From positions 43,626,614-43,681,398 of the forward strand of contig NC_068987.1 of NCBI RefSeq assembly GCF_001194135.2: 54,785 nucleotides of DNA, read 5' to 3'. Below are positions 10,946 to 23,646 of this stretch, piece by piece. The stretch comes from Octopus bimaculoides. Lineage: Eukaryota. The position numbers were made by a program, and so were the translations under genes. A model generated the notes under the pieces. The model saw nothing but the letters and a program-made list of their open reading frames with translations, did no database searches and had not been told where the DNA came from. Each line of letters starts with the position of its first letter. Position 1 is the stretch's first letter.

Positions 10946-11989
10946 TATACATGTATATATATATGTATATATATATATATATATATAGTGAAGTATATTG
11001 CCACTTAAGTGTGGCTGACCCCTAGGGGTGGATGTTACTGTTGCTTTTAGCCCCAGGAGGACATCTCCTCCAGCTGGCTTATCGACACACTACTGTGTCC
11101 TGTTTGTTTTGCCAAGGGAAGTTATCCCTCTCATNNNNNNNNNNNNNNNNNNNNNNNNNNNNNNNNNNNNNNNNNNNNNNNNNNNNNNNNNNNNNNNNNN
11201 NNNNNNNNNNNNNNNNNNNNNNNNNNNNNNNNNNNNNNNNNNNNNNNNNNNNNNNNNNNNNNNNNNNNNNNNNNNNNNNNNNNNNNNNNNNNNNNNNNNN
11301 NNNNNNNNNNNNNNNNNNNNNNNNNNNNNNNNNNNNNNNNNNNNNNNNNNNNNNNNNNNNNNNNNNNNNNNNNNNNNNNNNNNNNNNNNNNNNNNNNNNN
11401 NNNNNNNNNNNNNNNNNNNNNNNNNNNNNNNNNNNNNNNNNNNNNNNNNNNNNNNNNNNNNNNNNNNNNNNNNNNNNNNNNNNNNNNNNNNNNNNNNNNN
11501 NNNNNNNNNNNNNNNNNNNNNNNNNNNNNNNNNNNNNNNNNNNNNNNNNNNNNNNNNNNNNNNNNNNNNNNNNNNNNNNNNNNNNNNNNNNNNNNNNNNN
11601 NNNNNNNNNNNNNNNNNNNNNNNNNNNNNNNNNNNNNNNNNNNNNNNNNNNNNNNNNNNNNNNNNNNNNNNNNNNNNNNNNNNNNNNNNNNNNNNNNNNN
11701 NNNNNNNNNNNNNNNNNNNNNNNNNNNNNNNNNNNNNNNNNNNNNNNNNNNNNNNNNNNNNNNNNNNNNNNNNNNNNNNNNNNNNNNNNNNNNNNNNNNN
11801 NNNNNNNNNNNNNNNNNNNNNNNNNNNNNNNNNNNNNNNNNNNNNNNNNNNNNNNNNNNNNNNNNNNNNNNNNNNNNNNNNNNNNNNNNNNNNNNNNNNN
11901 NNNNNNNNNNNNNNNNNNNNNNNNNNNNNNNNNNNNNNNNNNNNNNNNNNNNNNNNNNNNNNNNNNNNATATATATCTAAATATGTATA

Positions 11990-12240
11990 TCTTAATATAT
12001 AAAATCCGTTCTGTCTGTCTGTTTGTGTGCTTATAACTCCAGTATTGTTCATCCGATCTCGCTGAAATTTTAAACATGGATACATGAGAGACCGGGGTGT
12101 TCCGTAATCTAAAAAGATTTTCAAAATTGTTAGTTTCAAAGTGAGAATTGTTATTTTTGTAAGCTTTATGTCCTGTTTACTCCGTCATTAAAACAACCAG
12201 TTGTTCAGACAGCCAGCACAGACCATTTTGCTAGCAACAA
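11990..12240 (+). mobile_element. Non-autonomous Helitron-like 5' part
   Basis: A|TCTTAATATATAAAA followed by (TCTG)n/TTTG repeats, as in Helitron 5' ends. 3' end not identified. Confidence 0.45.
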
Positions 12241-12384
12241 GGGGAGTACAGGGTGACAGTTATCCCAAACCGTTGCTATGCTGTCTCTCTTCTTTCCTGT
12301 CTGTGGGGTTAATAATCTTTAGTTACAGTTTCTCATTCAAACTACATAATAGGCAGAATACACTCAGTTTATGGGTAAGAATAC

Positions 12385-13349
12385 TTGCATAAAAGAACTT
12401 GCAGAAGATGGTTTGCAAAATTCAGAAGTGGAGATTTCAGCCTTGAAGGTGAAGATCGAACAGGATGTCCAGTTGAGTTTGATGATAAGCTCCTTGAGGC
12501 ATTACTTGAAGAAAATCCTGCGTTATCAGTTGAAGAATTGGCAATAAAGCTTAGTTCAAACCATACAACTGTTCATCGTCATCTTCAACAAATTGGAAAA
12601 GTTCCTAAACTTGGAAAATGGGTTCCTCATGAATTGTCTGAAAGCAACCACAAATCCCAAGTTGATATCTGCTTTTCTCTCCATTCTCACAAACTTATTT
12701 CACCCTTTTTGAATAGACTTATGACTGGTGACAAAAAATGGATCTTCTATCGAAATGTTAAATGTCGTAAACAGTCACTTGGTAAAAGGGAAAAAACTCA
12801 ACCACAATCGAGAAGGGAACTTCATGGGAAAAAGGTTCTTCTCTCTATCTGGTGGGATTGCAAAGGAATAATTCAATTTGAATTGTTACCACCTAATGCA
12901 ACAATCAATGCTTTGAACCAAGCTTTGAAGAAAAAAAGACCCACTTAGTGAATTGAAAAGGAGTGATATTTCATCAGGACAATGCGTGACCCCACACTGC
13001 AAAGATCACATCACAGAAGATCGAAGAGCTTGGCTGGGAAAAAATTCCTCATCCACCTTATTCTTCTAACCTTGCTCCTTCAGACTACCATTTGTTTTGT
13101 AGTTTACAGAATCATTTGGAGGACATAGCTTTTGCAAGCCAGGAGGAGGTCGAAAATGACATTTCAGAGTTCTTTGCTTTGAAACCAAAAGAGTTTTACA
13201 TTGATGGGATTAAAAAGCTTGTAAATAGATGGAAGGAAGTTATAGATAATCAGGGAAAGTACATTGATGATTAAATTTCAATTAAATATAACATTTGATC
13301 ACTTGTTTTCTTTATTCAAAATTCAGACAGAACTTATGAGATGACCTCA
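12385..13349 (+). mobile_element. Mariner transposon, 5'-truncated, transposase pseudogene with 3' TIR
   Basis: RWFAKFRSGDFSLE, KLGKWVPHEL, MTGDKKW, LLSIWWDCKG, HQDNA, HPPYSSNLAPSDYHLF, with stops and frameshifts. TIR CAGACAGAACTTATGAGATGACCTCA|TA. Confidence 0.93.
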
Positions 13350-13351
13350 TA

Positions 13352-13428
13352 ATAGACAGAGAACACCACTGGAAAATACGAAAACTAAAAGAAGCAGCAC
13401 ATATGCTAGGACACAACAATCTCCTAAG
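13352..13428 (+). mobile_element. Penelope GIY-YIG C-terminal fragment
   Basis: IDREHHWKIRKLKEAAHMLGHNNLL, homologous to 27496-27570. Confidence 0.8.
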
Positions 13429-13645
13429 ATTGTTGCCAAAACTGACCTCGCCTGTGCTTGTGCCACATAAAAAGCACTCAGTCCACTCTGCTGGGTGGTT
13501 GGTGTTAGGAAGGGCATCCAGCTGTAAAAATCCTGCCAAAACAGTTACAGAAGTCTGGTGCAGGCTTCTGCCTGGCCAGCTTCTGTCAAACCGTCCCACC
13601 CATGCCAGCATGGAAGGCAGACGTTAAACAATGATAAGGATAATG
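13429..13645 (+). mobile_element. RTE LINE distal 3' UTR with ATG-like tail
   Basis: TTGGTGTTAGGAAGGGCATCCAGCTGTA...CCCATGCCAGCATGGAAGGCAGACGTTAAACAATGAT. Confidence 0.85.
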
Positions 13646-14430
13646 ATTGGGTGGGACAAAATGTTCATTTGGTGTTTTAAGTGAATATAAGACACAAATT
13701 TTAAACACAAAGCGATTTGTTCAATCAATAATATAATTACTGTCTCACTCTTGTATCTTCTGCCATCTTATGGGTAGATCCATTATTCCCTGCTCAAAGA
13801 ATTTCCTGTCATAACTGGTGAAGACCTCTTCCAGGTGAATTTTTACATCCTTTTCAAGTCAAAGGTCTGTTGTTCAATGAAGTTTTGAAGAGCCTGAAAC
13901 AGGTGGAAATTTGAAAGTGCAAGGTCAGGCATATATAGAGTGCAACAAAACTTCCCAGCCAAACTCTGTCATGTCTGCAAAGAAGGTTGCAGTCTGGCAT
14001 TGTCATGATGAAAAACAATGTCCTTACATATAGCAAGTGCAGGATACTTCTGGTGGAATGCTGCATTTAATTTGTCCTGCTGGATTGGAAGAAGCTTGTA
14101 AAAGACAACACCCTTCCATTCTCACCAAATTAAAACATAACCCTTTGAGTGAAGTCCTGTTTTGGAGGTTGTTTGTGGTGGTTTGCTGCACTTTCCCATG
14201 GTCATTTGTGCTTCACATTGTATTAGGTGATCCATTTTTCCTGTCACCACTCTCTTCAAAAAAAAAAAAGAAGAAATTTCTTTTCTCGTTTCTCCAGTAA
14301 ATCATAGATGGAAATCTGTTGGAAGAAGTTAGCCCCATTCAACTGATGTGAGACCCAAATATCAAGCCTGCTGATTTAACCAAGTTGATACAGATGGCTT
14401 TCAATATACTATTTGTATATTCGGGCAATA
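13646..14430 (-). mobile_element. Old mariner remnant
   Basis: Minus strand gives PDLALSNFHLFQALQNF and FFEQGIMDLPIRWQK; TIR-like TTGGGTGGGACAAAATGTTC near 13647. Confidence 0.65.
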
Positions 14431-14786
14431 TCTGCATTATTCTGGTCGTTTAAAGGGAGTTTTATATATGAATATACATAAATGTGTGTGTTCACCTATT
14501 GCATCAGTCTCTAACTCTCTTTCTCCCTCTATTTTATACTACTAGTTTTGTTTTTTATTCTCCCTTCCAACTATCTATAGGACTCCTGATTACTAACTGT
14601 ATATATATAAACACTTCATCCAAATGTAAATTTTGTATTTTTTTATTCCTTGCCTGAAGAATTTCTAATGGGAGATATCTTACATATTTTCTACTACATG
14701 TACAATTTTATGACTCCTACTAGCAACTGAAACATTTAATAATGATTGAAAAATACCAAAAATTTTTTTCGATCTCCTGTTTTGAT

Positions 14787-14832
<46 letters not shown>

Positions 14833-14854
14833 TTATGTTTCACTTTGAATTGTC

Positions 14855-15232
14855 AGGAAACACACCATGCATGAGGAGACCTATTGAGTCAAGTAAAATC
14901 AAATCATAATCAAATGGAAATTGTAGTTATGTTCAATGCCATTGCCACCTGACTGGCTCTCATGCTGGTGGCATGCAATAAGCACCATCCATGCATGAGT
15001 CGTTGCCAGTGCTGCCTGACTAGCTCCCTGTGCCATTGACACGTAAAAAGCATCATCTGAACGTGGTTGATGCATTCTGTAAAATGGTTGGTGTTAGGAA
15101 GGGCATCAAGCTGTAGAAACATTGCCAAATCAGATTGGAGCCTGGTGAGGCCTCCTGGCTTGCCGGTCCCCAGTCAAACTGTCCAACCCATGTCAGCATG
15201 GAAAAATTAATGCTAAACGATGATGATGATGA
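14855..15232 (+). mobile_element. Old RTE 3' end with (GAT)n tail
   Basis: Homologous to the reverse complement of 638-1140; ends GCTAAACGATGATGATGATG. Confidence 0.8.
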
Positions 15233-15685
15233 ACAGAAAAAATGATACATATCTATATGTACGCATAAAAAAATATGCACAGATAGGCATATTGGGCACA
15301 CATATATGCAGACAAGTACATGCATACTTCTCATTTATACATCTATATGCACATACATGCATGTATTCATAGACACACATGGAAACATAGCCAGACATAC
15401 AAATACAGTATCTTATGCCCACAAATACACTTATGCACATACATACACACACACACATACATATATACACATACATAAAAATACACACCATCTATACATA
15501 CATATACACTCATACACAAATATATACATACATGTACATTCATAGGGTATATGTTGAAGTATGAGAGGATAAGGGTAAGTAAACAGAAATGCCTAAATTT
15601 TAGGAGAATGGGGCTACGAAAATCAAACTCTACTTTGAATTTCTTCTGTATTTTTATATTTTTTGACTGTGATCGTTTCTATATA

Positions 15686-15890
15686 TAAGGGGGTGCTGAA
15701 AAGTTCCTGGCTTTAAGGGTATCGTGAAAGGCCTGGTTGGAGGCCCAACCTTCTGAGTTCTCTTAGAGGGCTTGGAAAAAACTGAAGTACCACTGCAGTA
15801 AGTGTGTGATTTTGTGTGTGAATAAAATCAATTAACTGATCCTCCCATATTTTTTTTACCCAAAGCCAGGAACTGTTTAGCACCCCCTTT
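15686..15890. mobile_element. Tc1/mariner-type MITE
   Basis: ~28-bp TIRs AGGGGGTGCTGAAAAGTTCCTGGCTTT / AAAGCCAGGAACTGTTTAGCACCCCCT with TA on both sides (15684-85, 15891-92). Confidence 0.88.
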
Positions 15891-16699
15891 TATACACGTG
15901 TTTTTAAATTGCATTATTAATGTATACTATTATTAATATTAGTAATATATATTCTGCTGAGATTAACTTTGCCTTTCATTCTTTTGGGAGTCATCAATAA
16001 AATAAGTATCAGTCAAGTACTGGAGTTTGATATTATCAAGTAACCCACTCAGTTAAAAATTGTTGGCCTTGCATAAAAATTTGAACCCATTAGTATGTAT
16101 TCGCTTTTATTTACCTCCATCAAATCCTGTAATAACTACAAGATAGTTATAAATTCCTTTTAGAGAACTATACAATCTGCTATGCAATATATGAAACAAC
16201 CAAAACAACTAACACTATTCAAATGTTATGTCAACACTAACAGATGACCAAACATCAATTTTTGGGGGTTAAGATCTTTTGTTGGTTGAGAATTTTGCTG
16301 TTGCTGTTGTTCGTTTTTTTGTAATAATCTATTTTCCTTGGATCAGTTTTGCTTAAATATGTTTTGTTTTGTACCAAAGGTCAAGGATGTTTTGATCACT
16401 GTTGTAGTTGACAAGATTATTATGTCTGTCTGTCCGTCCATCCATCCATCCATCCATATATATGTGCCTCCACCCATGTTCAACATTCACTACATTCATT
16501 TCTATCCTCATTTTAATCCAACTGCCACTCTCCTTTCAGACTTACCTGCCCACTCACCCAAATTTAGAATTTGGAGATGGTTTTTTCTGATCCTCTTTGA
16601 GGGTTTTGACATTTTCTTTCTCACCTTCTCCTTTTATCTTGTTGATTTATCTCAAGTTTTAATGGTTCATTTTCTATAAGGTATGAATTTGTTTTTATA

Positions 16700-16862
16700 G
16701 GTGCAGGTGTTGTTGTGTAGTTTAGAAGCTTGCTTCCTATCCATATAGTCTCTGGTTTAGTCCCACTGTGCAGCAGCTTGGGAAAGTGTCTTCTACTATA
16801 GCTCCAGACTGACCATAGCCTTGTGAATAGATTTGGTAGAGGAAACTGAAAGTTAACCTCCT
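16700..16862 (+). mobile_element. tRNA-derived CORE-like SINE
   Basis: GTTGTGTAGTTTAGAAGCTTGCTTCC head, TTGGGAAAGTGTCTTCTACTATAGC core, GATTTGGTAGAGGAAACTGAAAG end. Confidence 0.75.
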
Positions 16863-17639
16863 TATATATGTATGTGTATATATATGTGTATATGTATTTG
16901 CCATTTTTGAAGGCAATAATATAACTCAGTTTTATTATTGATGGTTGCTGCAACATGCTGTAGTGCATGTAGTTTCTCTTGGATGTAGTGCTGGTATTTA
17001 CAGGTTCCGAGTATGTAAGGAAGGGCTCTTTCAAGTGTGCCTCATGTAATGTTGAGACAGAGATAATACAGGACCGAGGTAGAGTTTTCCCTGACACTGA
17101 ATTTGAAAGAGAGTAAATGTTTCATAATTCTCCCTTTGAAGTCATTGACTCTTAAGTTCATACAATTTTTTGGGATACCATCAAGTAGTGTGAGGGTTGC
17201 TTTGTAGGCCATAGCATTTGAGATGTAAAAATCCTCCCTAGCAGATCATTGATGGGACCATCTCATTTGAGAAAACTCTTCTCTCTGAGCATGACATGGT
17301 ACTCTGCAATCTTACTTTCCATCATAACAAAACTAAAACCAACTACATTCATTGTAGAGCAGAGCACCCAATTGATATCATGAATTTGCACAAAGCAGAC
17401 TAGGGAGAAATTAGATATGATCTATTGCTTATCAAGTAATGAAGCAGTTTGCAGAAGTTTGAGGATATAATCATCAGCACATGTTCAAATCACACCCTAA
17501 CAAAACTCAAGCACAAGTTGAGATAGTATAAAGGCTTATGTAAGTTCAAACAGCTTCTCTACTACTGGTTTGTTGTGCTATTACCTGCTTTCAAATTATT
17601 TGTAGACCAATCCGCACAGGAGAGGCTTTGGTTTTTCCT

Positions 17640-18975
17640 CATTGTAAATAGATATGGGCTCCTGAAAGAGAAAAAAAGCTGCTGGAAAAAGAGCTCCTGA
17701 AAGAGAAAAAAGGAGCAGTAATCTCCTAAATTTGAATCAAACATAAATGTTGTATATCTTGACTTCAACAAGGCCTTCGACAGAGCTGACCACAACTTTT
17801 ACTGCTTAAACTGTTCAACAGTAGAGTGTACAGAAAACTCCTGCACTAGACTAAGTAGTTCCTGGTTAACAGAACCCTACACCTTTGTTTGATGGAGTCC
17901 ATTCATGCCCAACAAAAGTCAGCAGTGGTACCCTCCAAGGGTCTGTGTTGTATCCATCCCTTTTCATATATAAACAACATCTGTATAAAGAACATATATA
18001 TATATAAACAACATTGCAAATACCATCAAACACTGTAAAATAAAAATAGTCACAGATGACTCTGAGCTTCAGAAATTTATTTATGGAGAAGATGTCTGAA
18101 TAAAGACTACAGTCCAATCTACAGGATGCAGCAGGAAAAACCTCCCATATTTTACCTGGTGATTGGTGTGTTGCTAGTAAAGATAGCTAGGTGGTAACAG
18201 TGTCTTCATGTAGCTAATGTTTTGCCATTTTTTTTCTTTCTGTTACCATCATAGTTTAGATTGGTGCACACCATGCATTTGCTATTAAAATGTTTATCAA
18301 GAATGGTGGATGAGAGGGATTTTGCTTCACCCTCTTCTTGCTGTCAGTAAATGAACAGAAAAAAAAACAATATGTTCTAAATGAGGGAAACTTTGAACTT
18401 CTGCATTTTTGGAAAAAAGAAGTGCTTAAACAGCGATAACCTTTCTTTTCATGAAAATCATTAATGGTAACTAGCAATCCCAGAGGCCTAGGAGTAATGA
18501 TCGACAGCAACCTCAGTTGGAATGCCCACAAGGTTGACATTGTAAGCTCCTAGATCCTCAAAACTTTCCAGTCTCTTCATTTGTAGGTCATACTTTTACT
18601 CCCTGTGGTATCCACTTAATAAACAAAGCATCACGAGAATTGAGGCACTCCAGACAAGGCCTTAATTATTGGGATCACCTCAAAACACTCATTCCCTCTA
18701 ATGCTACTGAGTTCCACATTATTTTTGCATAATATGGGAAATATACTAAAAGCGTTGCCCAAAAGATTTTCATGGGAAGTTTAAAAACCAGATAAGGTTG
18801 GGACCATATACCATACACCTCATGACACAAATTATGCTCACAACACATGATATTATGACACAGTTATTTTGACTTGGCTGACTTTCCTTCATTTAACATT
18901 GTCAAAAAAGAAATACCTCAATACCCCCAACAGTACCTGGACACCATAATACACAATTTAAAGCAGTGGCACATG
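17640..18975 (+). mobile_element. Degenerate CR1/Jockey-group LINE RT remnant
   Basis: VVYLDFNKAFDRADH, SGTLQGSVLYPSLF, LGVMIDSNLSWNAH; multiple stops and frameshifts. Confidence 0.8.
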
Positions 18976-19254
18976 TTAAAATAATTAGTAATATATTAAT
19001 ATATTTAAATATAATAATGATGTTAATGATGACTTCAATGATGATGATAATAATAATCATATTAATAATATCAACAATCCCTAAAAAACATTATTAGAGA
19101 AAATTTCTAGAATATAGAGTGAACTTATGATGTCATACATGAATGATTAAGGAATGGGAAGGGAGATTAGTCACCTTAGTTCAACAGTATTCTATTTTTA
19201 GCTTCAATTCATGAGTTATCAACAAGAGCCAGCATTGTTTATCAGTAGGTATCT

Positions 19255-19645
19255 ACTAACCAGACTAAGTAGCTAATTTGTAGCCAGAGTAGGTAGCCAG
19301 TTACTTGCCAAACAAATTAGTCAGATAGTAATCAACTATTGTGGCCAGACTTGTTAGTTTGTAGCCAGACTAGTTAGCCAGCTACTAGCCAGACAAGTTT
19401 AGCCAGCTTCTAGTCAGACAAGTCAGCCAGCTTGTTGCAAGATAAAGTAGCCAGTTACTAGTCAGAAAAGGTAGCTACTCATGAGACATGTAGCCAGACA
19501 AGTTAACCAGCTACTAGCCAAACTAGGTAGTCAGTTTGTATCCAGACAAGTTAGCCTGCGACTAGCCAGACCAAATATATTAACCAGTTTGTAGATAAAT
19601 TACTTAGCTAGACTAGTAGCCAGGTAAGCTACCCAGCTAGTAACC
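19255..19645. repeat. Degenerate minisatellite (~24-bp unit TAGCCAGACAAGT-TAGCCAGCTAC)
   Basis: TAGCCAG recurs every 11-13 nt. Confidence 0.85.
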
Positions 19646-19829
19646 ACATGGTTGGAAAACCATCTGGTTTTTCCAATAATAGGAAGGTGGTGGGGTGATC
19701 TTCACAATGGTCTTGGCTGATGGCCAGATCTCTTCTATACATGACAACTGTTTTCAACAAAGCACTGCAAGTCAGTCATTCTAGGATACTGAATGAATGC
19801 TTGCAATATGTTAACCAGCAATGACTTCT

Positions 19830-20250
19830 GTGCTCAGTAAGCATCTGGACAGGTGAGTAGCTACCTGAATGGTATCAAATTATGTCCCTTTGTGTTCTGA
19901 GTTCAATTCCTACTGAGGTTACCTTTGTCTTTCATCCTTCTGTGGGTCAGTGGGAGTGAGGAATTAACAGAATTAAGTACCAGCCAGGTACTGAAGCCAT
20001 TGGAATCAGTTGTTCCCTCCTGTACTAACATAAAAAATCATTATTCATGTTGTAGCAGAATTATTAACACATTGAGCAAAACACCTTTTAGTGTTTGCTT
20101 TTATTTCAAAACCCACCCAAGTCAACTTTGTCTTCTCTCTTTTGTGGATCAATAAAATATGGTATCAATATCAAATACTGAGATTGTTATAATCAACTAA
20201 TCCCTCCCATCAGACTTGTTGACTTCGTGCCTAAACTAGAAACAACAACA

Positions 20251-20296
<46 letters not shown>
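19830..20296 (+). mobile_element. Two degenerate Deu/Nin-like SINE pieces ending in an (ATT)n tract (20251-20296)
   Basis: GAGTTCAATTCC B-box and CTTTGTCTTTCATCCTT core; 3' end CTTCGTGCCTAAACTAGAAAC + (ATT)n. Confidence 0.55.
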
Positions 20297-20297
<1 letters not shown>

Positions 20298-20920
20298 AGG
20301 TTTTGTTGAAACTCCTGGAGTTTTGCATGCATAGCGGTCTTGCTACCTGCAGCCTGCAGTACCATGTTATTTGTTCTTTTCAGCTATCTAATACTTTCCT
20401 GATTATTTTGGCTGTGCCAAGGAGGCAACCCTTTTGTAACAGTTCTGCTGGGCACTCTATTTCAATTTCCTTAATATTCCTCTTGATGCCTTCTGATACT
20501 GTCCCCAAGGACTCAACAATAATTGGCACTATCTTCACCTTCTTCATTTTCCATAGCCAGGCTATTTTGTACTGAAGAGGGTTGTATTTATCTATTTTTT
20601 CGCCTTCCTTCTTGACTATTTGTGGGTCAAAGGGGCATGCAACATCAACTATATAGCACATGTAGTGCATCTTGTCAACCACCACTAAGTCCAGTCTGTT
20701 ATGCTCTAGCACCTGATTTGTTTGGATGGGGAAATTCCAGAGGATTTTGCTAGTCTCTGACTCTACCACTCTCTGCGGTATGTGCTCATACCATGTCTTG
20801 CCTCTCTCTAGCATCCATTTTTCGCACAGTTTCCAATGTAGCAATTCCGCTACCTAATTGTGTCGCCTCAACTTGTAGTGGTTTTGGGAAAGTCTAGGGC
20901 ATTCATTTGTGATATGGACA
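20297..20920 (-). mobile_element. Dong/R4-clade LINE, copy 1 (restriction-like endonuclease end)
   Basis: RHN-VAELLHW, NRLDLVVVDK, IVDVACPFD, EKIDKY, VPIIVESLG, LLGTAKIIRKVL: the RLE domain of R4-clade elements. Confidence 0.88.
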
Positions 20921-20935
20921 ATTATTATTATTATT

Positions 20936-21740
20936 GTTCAACATTTGGTACTTAAAGGCAAATTTCTACTGCATCACCTGCTACACCACCATGTTGCTGT
21001 GGTATGTGCAGCATTATGTCCTCTTTTTCATTGAGAGTGCAAATTCTTCTTGGTATTGTATTACATCAGTTTGTTTTGATCACTCTTTTGTTATATTAGT
21101 GCTTGTGTTGTGTGTGTAATGTGAGTTGTGTTGTTCTGTTGGGTATCTAGCCTGCTGGTGGTTGTTTATTTTATTGGATATTTACTATGTAGAGTGTGTT
21201 TATGGATTGTTTTGCTTGGGTTTTATCATTGAATTGATAATGTCTTGTGTAGGATGTGGGCTGTCCCTAGCAGGGCTAATTTTTGGATAGTGTGTAATGT
21301 TGAGGGTCCAGGTATAGCTTCTATGTTTTTGTCCACATGGTTTTTTATCATGCCCAATGCTCCAATTATTACTGGTATTATTTTCCCCTTCATGTCCCAA
21401 TCATGAATACTTCAATTTTGAGGTCTTTGTACTTTGACAGTTTCTTCACTTCTTTTTGGGCAATATTTTGGTCAGATGGGACTGCAATATCTATCAGTAA
21501 GCAGGGTTTTTTTTTCCAGTCCTTGATTATTATGTTTGGGAATTAGCTTTATTTCTTTGTCAGTTTGAACAGGCACATCCAAGATAATTGTCCCTGGTCA
21601 TTGTCATATACCTTGTTTGGCACATGTTTATACCATTTCTCGTCAGTTTTTATGTTGTAATGTTGGCATATTGTCCATGCTGGCATGATTTACTTGGTCA
21701 TGTCTGTATATATGTATATATATATATATATGTATATATG

Positions 21741-21771
<31 letters not shown>

Positions 21772-23560
21772 GTATATATGTATATATATATATATGTATA
21801 TATGTATATATATATATATATGTATATATGTATATATATATATATATGTATATATGTATATATATATATATATGTATATATGTATATATATATNNNNNNN
21901 NNNNNNNNNNNNNNNNNNNNNNNNNNNNNNNNNNNNNNNNNNNNNNNNNNNNNNNNNNNNNNNNNNNNNNNNNNNNNNNNNNNNNNNNNNNNNNNNNNNN
22001 NNNNNNNNNNNNNNNNNNNNNNNNNNNNNNNNNNNNNNNNNNNNNNNNNNNNNNNNNNNNNNNNNNNNNNNNNNNNNNNNNNNNNNNNNNNNNNNNNNNN
22101 NNNNNNNNNNNNNNNNNNNNNNNNNNNNNNNNNNNNNNNNNNNNNNNNNNNNNNNNNNNNNNNNNNNNNNNNNNNNNNNNNNNNNNNNNNNNNNNNNNNN
22201 NNNNNNNNNNNNNNNNNNNNNNNNNNNNNNNNNNNNNNNNNNNNNNNNNNNNNNNNNNNNNNNNNNNNNNNNNNNNNNNNNNNNNNNNNNNNNNNNNNNN
22301 NNNNNNNNNNNNNNNNNNNNNNNNNNNNNNNNNNNNNNNNNNNNNNNNNNNNNNNNNNNNNNNNNNNNNNNNNNNNNNNNNNNNNNNNNNNNNNNNNNNN
22401 NNNNNNNNNNNNNNNNNNNNNNNNNNNNNNNNNNNNNNNNNNNNNNNNNNNNNNNNNNNNNNNNNNNNNNNNNNNNNNNNNNNNNNNNNNNNNNNNNNNN
22501 NNNNNNNNNNNNNNNNNNNNNNNNNNNNNNNNNNNNNNNNNNNNNNNNNNNNNNNNNNNNNNNNNNNNNNNNNNNNNNNNNNNNNNNNNNNNNNNNNNNN
22601 NNNNNNNNNNNNNNNNNNNNNNNNNNNNNNNNNNNNNNNNNNNNNNNNNNNNNNNNNNNNNNNNNNNNNNNNNNNNNNNNNNNNNNNNNNNNNNNNNNNN
22701 NNNNNNNNNNNNNNNNNNNNNNNNNNNNNNNNNNNNNNNNNNNNNNNNNNNNNNNNNNNNNNNNNNNNNNNNNNNNNNNNNNNNNNNNNNNNNNNNNNNN
22801 NNNNNNNNNNNNNNNNNNNNNNNNNNNNNNNNNNNNNNNNNNNNNNNTATTTTGCTTTTGTAGTTGTTTGCAGTCAGGCATTGGTCTTTTGCAGCGAGAA
22901 TCAGTCCTTTCATTTCAGTTTTTAGTCCATAACTTTTGAGCCATTGTTGACTTTTACTTAGGCTCACTTCTTCTCTGTCAAGCTTTGCAGGGTATTGGCC
23001 ATCAAGTGATTTTTCTCTTCATTTCTTGTTTGTATATTTTGTAGTTCTGTTTTCATGTTGTCTTTTGTGACTGATCATTTCTGCTGTGTTGTCATCTAAG
23101 ATCAGTGTAGTTCATTTCTGTTTTGTATTTTGTCACCTTCTTGTGTACAAAGAAAAGCATTTTTTTTTTTTTTGTTGCTTTATTACATGTAGTAGTCTTC
23201 CACCTTTTGTTTCTAAGTACTTTTCTAGTCTAACTGTTGTTATTTTATTGTAGTTGTCTGTGTCAAGCTGTAACCTCCTTCTAAGTGAGGTAGATATACT
23301 CTCTGTGTCTACTTTGGGGTGGTGACTTTGGTATGCTGTAAACAGTGTCACTTTGACACATTTGTCCAGTCTCATGCCCGTTCCAATGTCCTTGCTGAAA
23401 CTATGGACAATTTTTAGGGTTCTCTGTTCCATGGTATTTTTTGTGAAAATTCTAGAATCATCTATGTATAGGAGATGGTTTATCGTTTGTCCATAGCATC
23501 TGTAACCCATAATGGTTTCATTTAACAAGTTGTTAGTGGGGTCAGAGCAAGGCAGAAAAG
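20936..23560 (-). mobile_element. Dong/R4-clade LINE, copy 2 (old; RT to RLE), interrupted by (TA)n(TG) microsatellite and gap
   Basis: INHLLYIDD (RT), QWLKSYGLKTEMKGLILAAKDQCL, KPDIIIKDW, and a LGTAHILHK-like C-terminus. Confidence 0.75.
21894..22846. other. Assembly gap (largest of many N runs; others at 907, 5421, 6277, 11135, 23930, 26777, 31743, 43385, 50935, 51725)
   Basis: Runs of N, mostly next to microsatellites or young repeats. They create spurious long ORFs and may hide exons. Confidence 0.99.
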
Positions 23561-23591
23561 CTGAGGTGACAGTTAGTCTCCTTGGAAAATC

Positions 23592-23643
<52 letters not shown>

Positions 23644-23646
<3 letters not shown>

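Noticed and set aside
11028-12139. Long ORFs of 180-445 aa (also at 6.2-6.9, 21.6-22.9, 23.8-24.3, 26.7-27.2 and 31.5-32.6 kb)
   Set aside because: They are artefacts of translating through N gaps.
12385-13274. Functional or domesticated mariner transposase (SETMAR-like)
   Set aside because: 5'-truncated with stops and frameshifts, and no splice or SET-domain context. The same applies to 49874-50606.
13777-13833. Apparent + strand exon IHYSLLKEFPVITGEDLFQ
   Set aside because: The minus strand encodes a mariner C-terminus (FFEQGIMDLPIRWQK), so it is repeat-derived.
15546-15574. 29-nt micro-exon candidate with a GG|GTAAGT donor
   Set aside because: Weak acceptor inside a microsatellite, no TMC-like residues, and its phase does not fit exon A.
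21685-21893. YI/VC/HT-rich ORFs here and at 290-655, 4325-4964, 10757-11008, 15213-15545
   Set aside because: These are translations of TA/TG/CA microsatellites.
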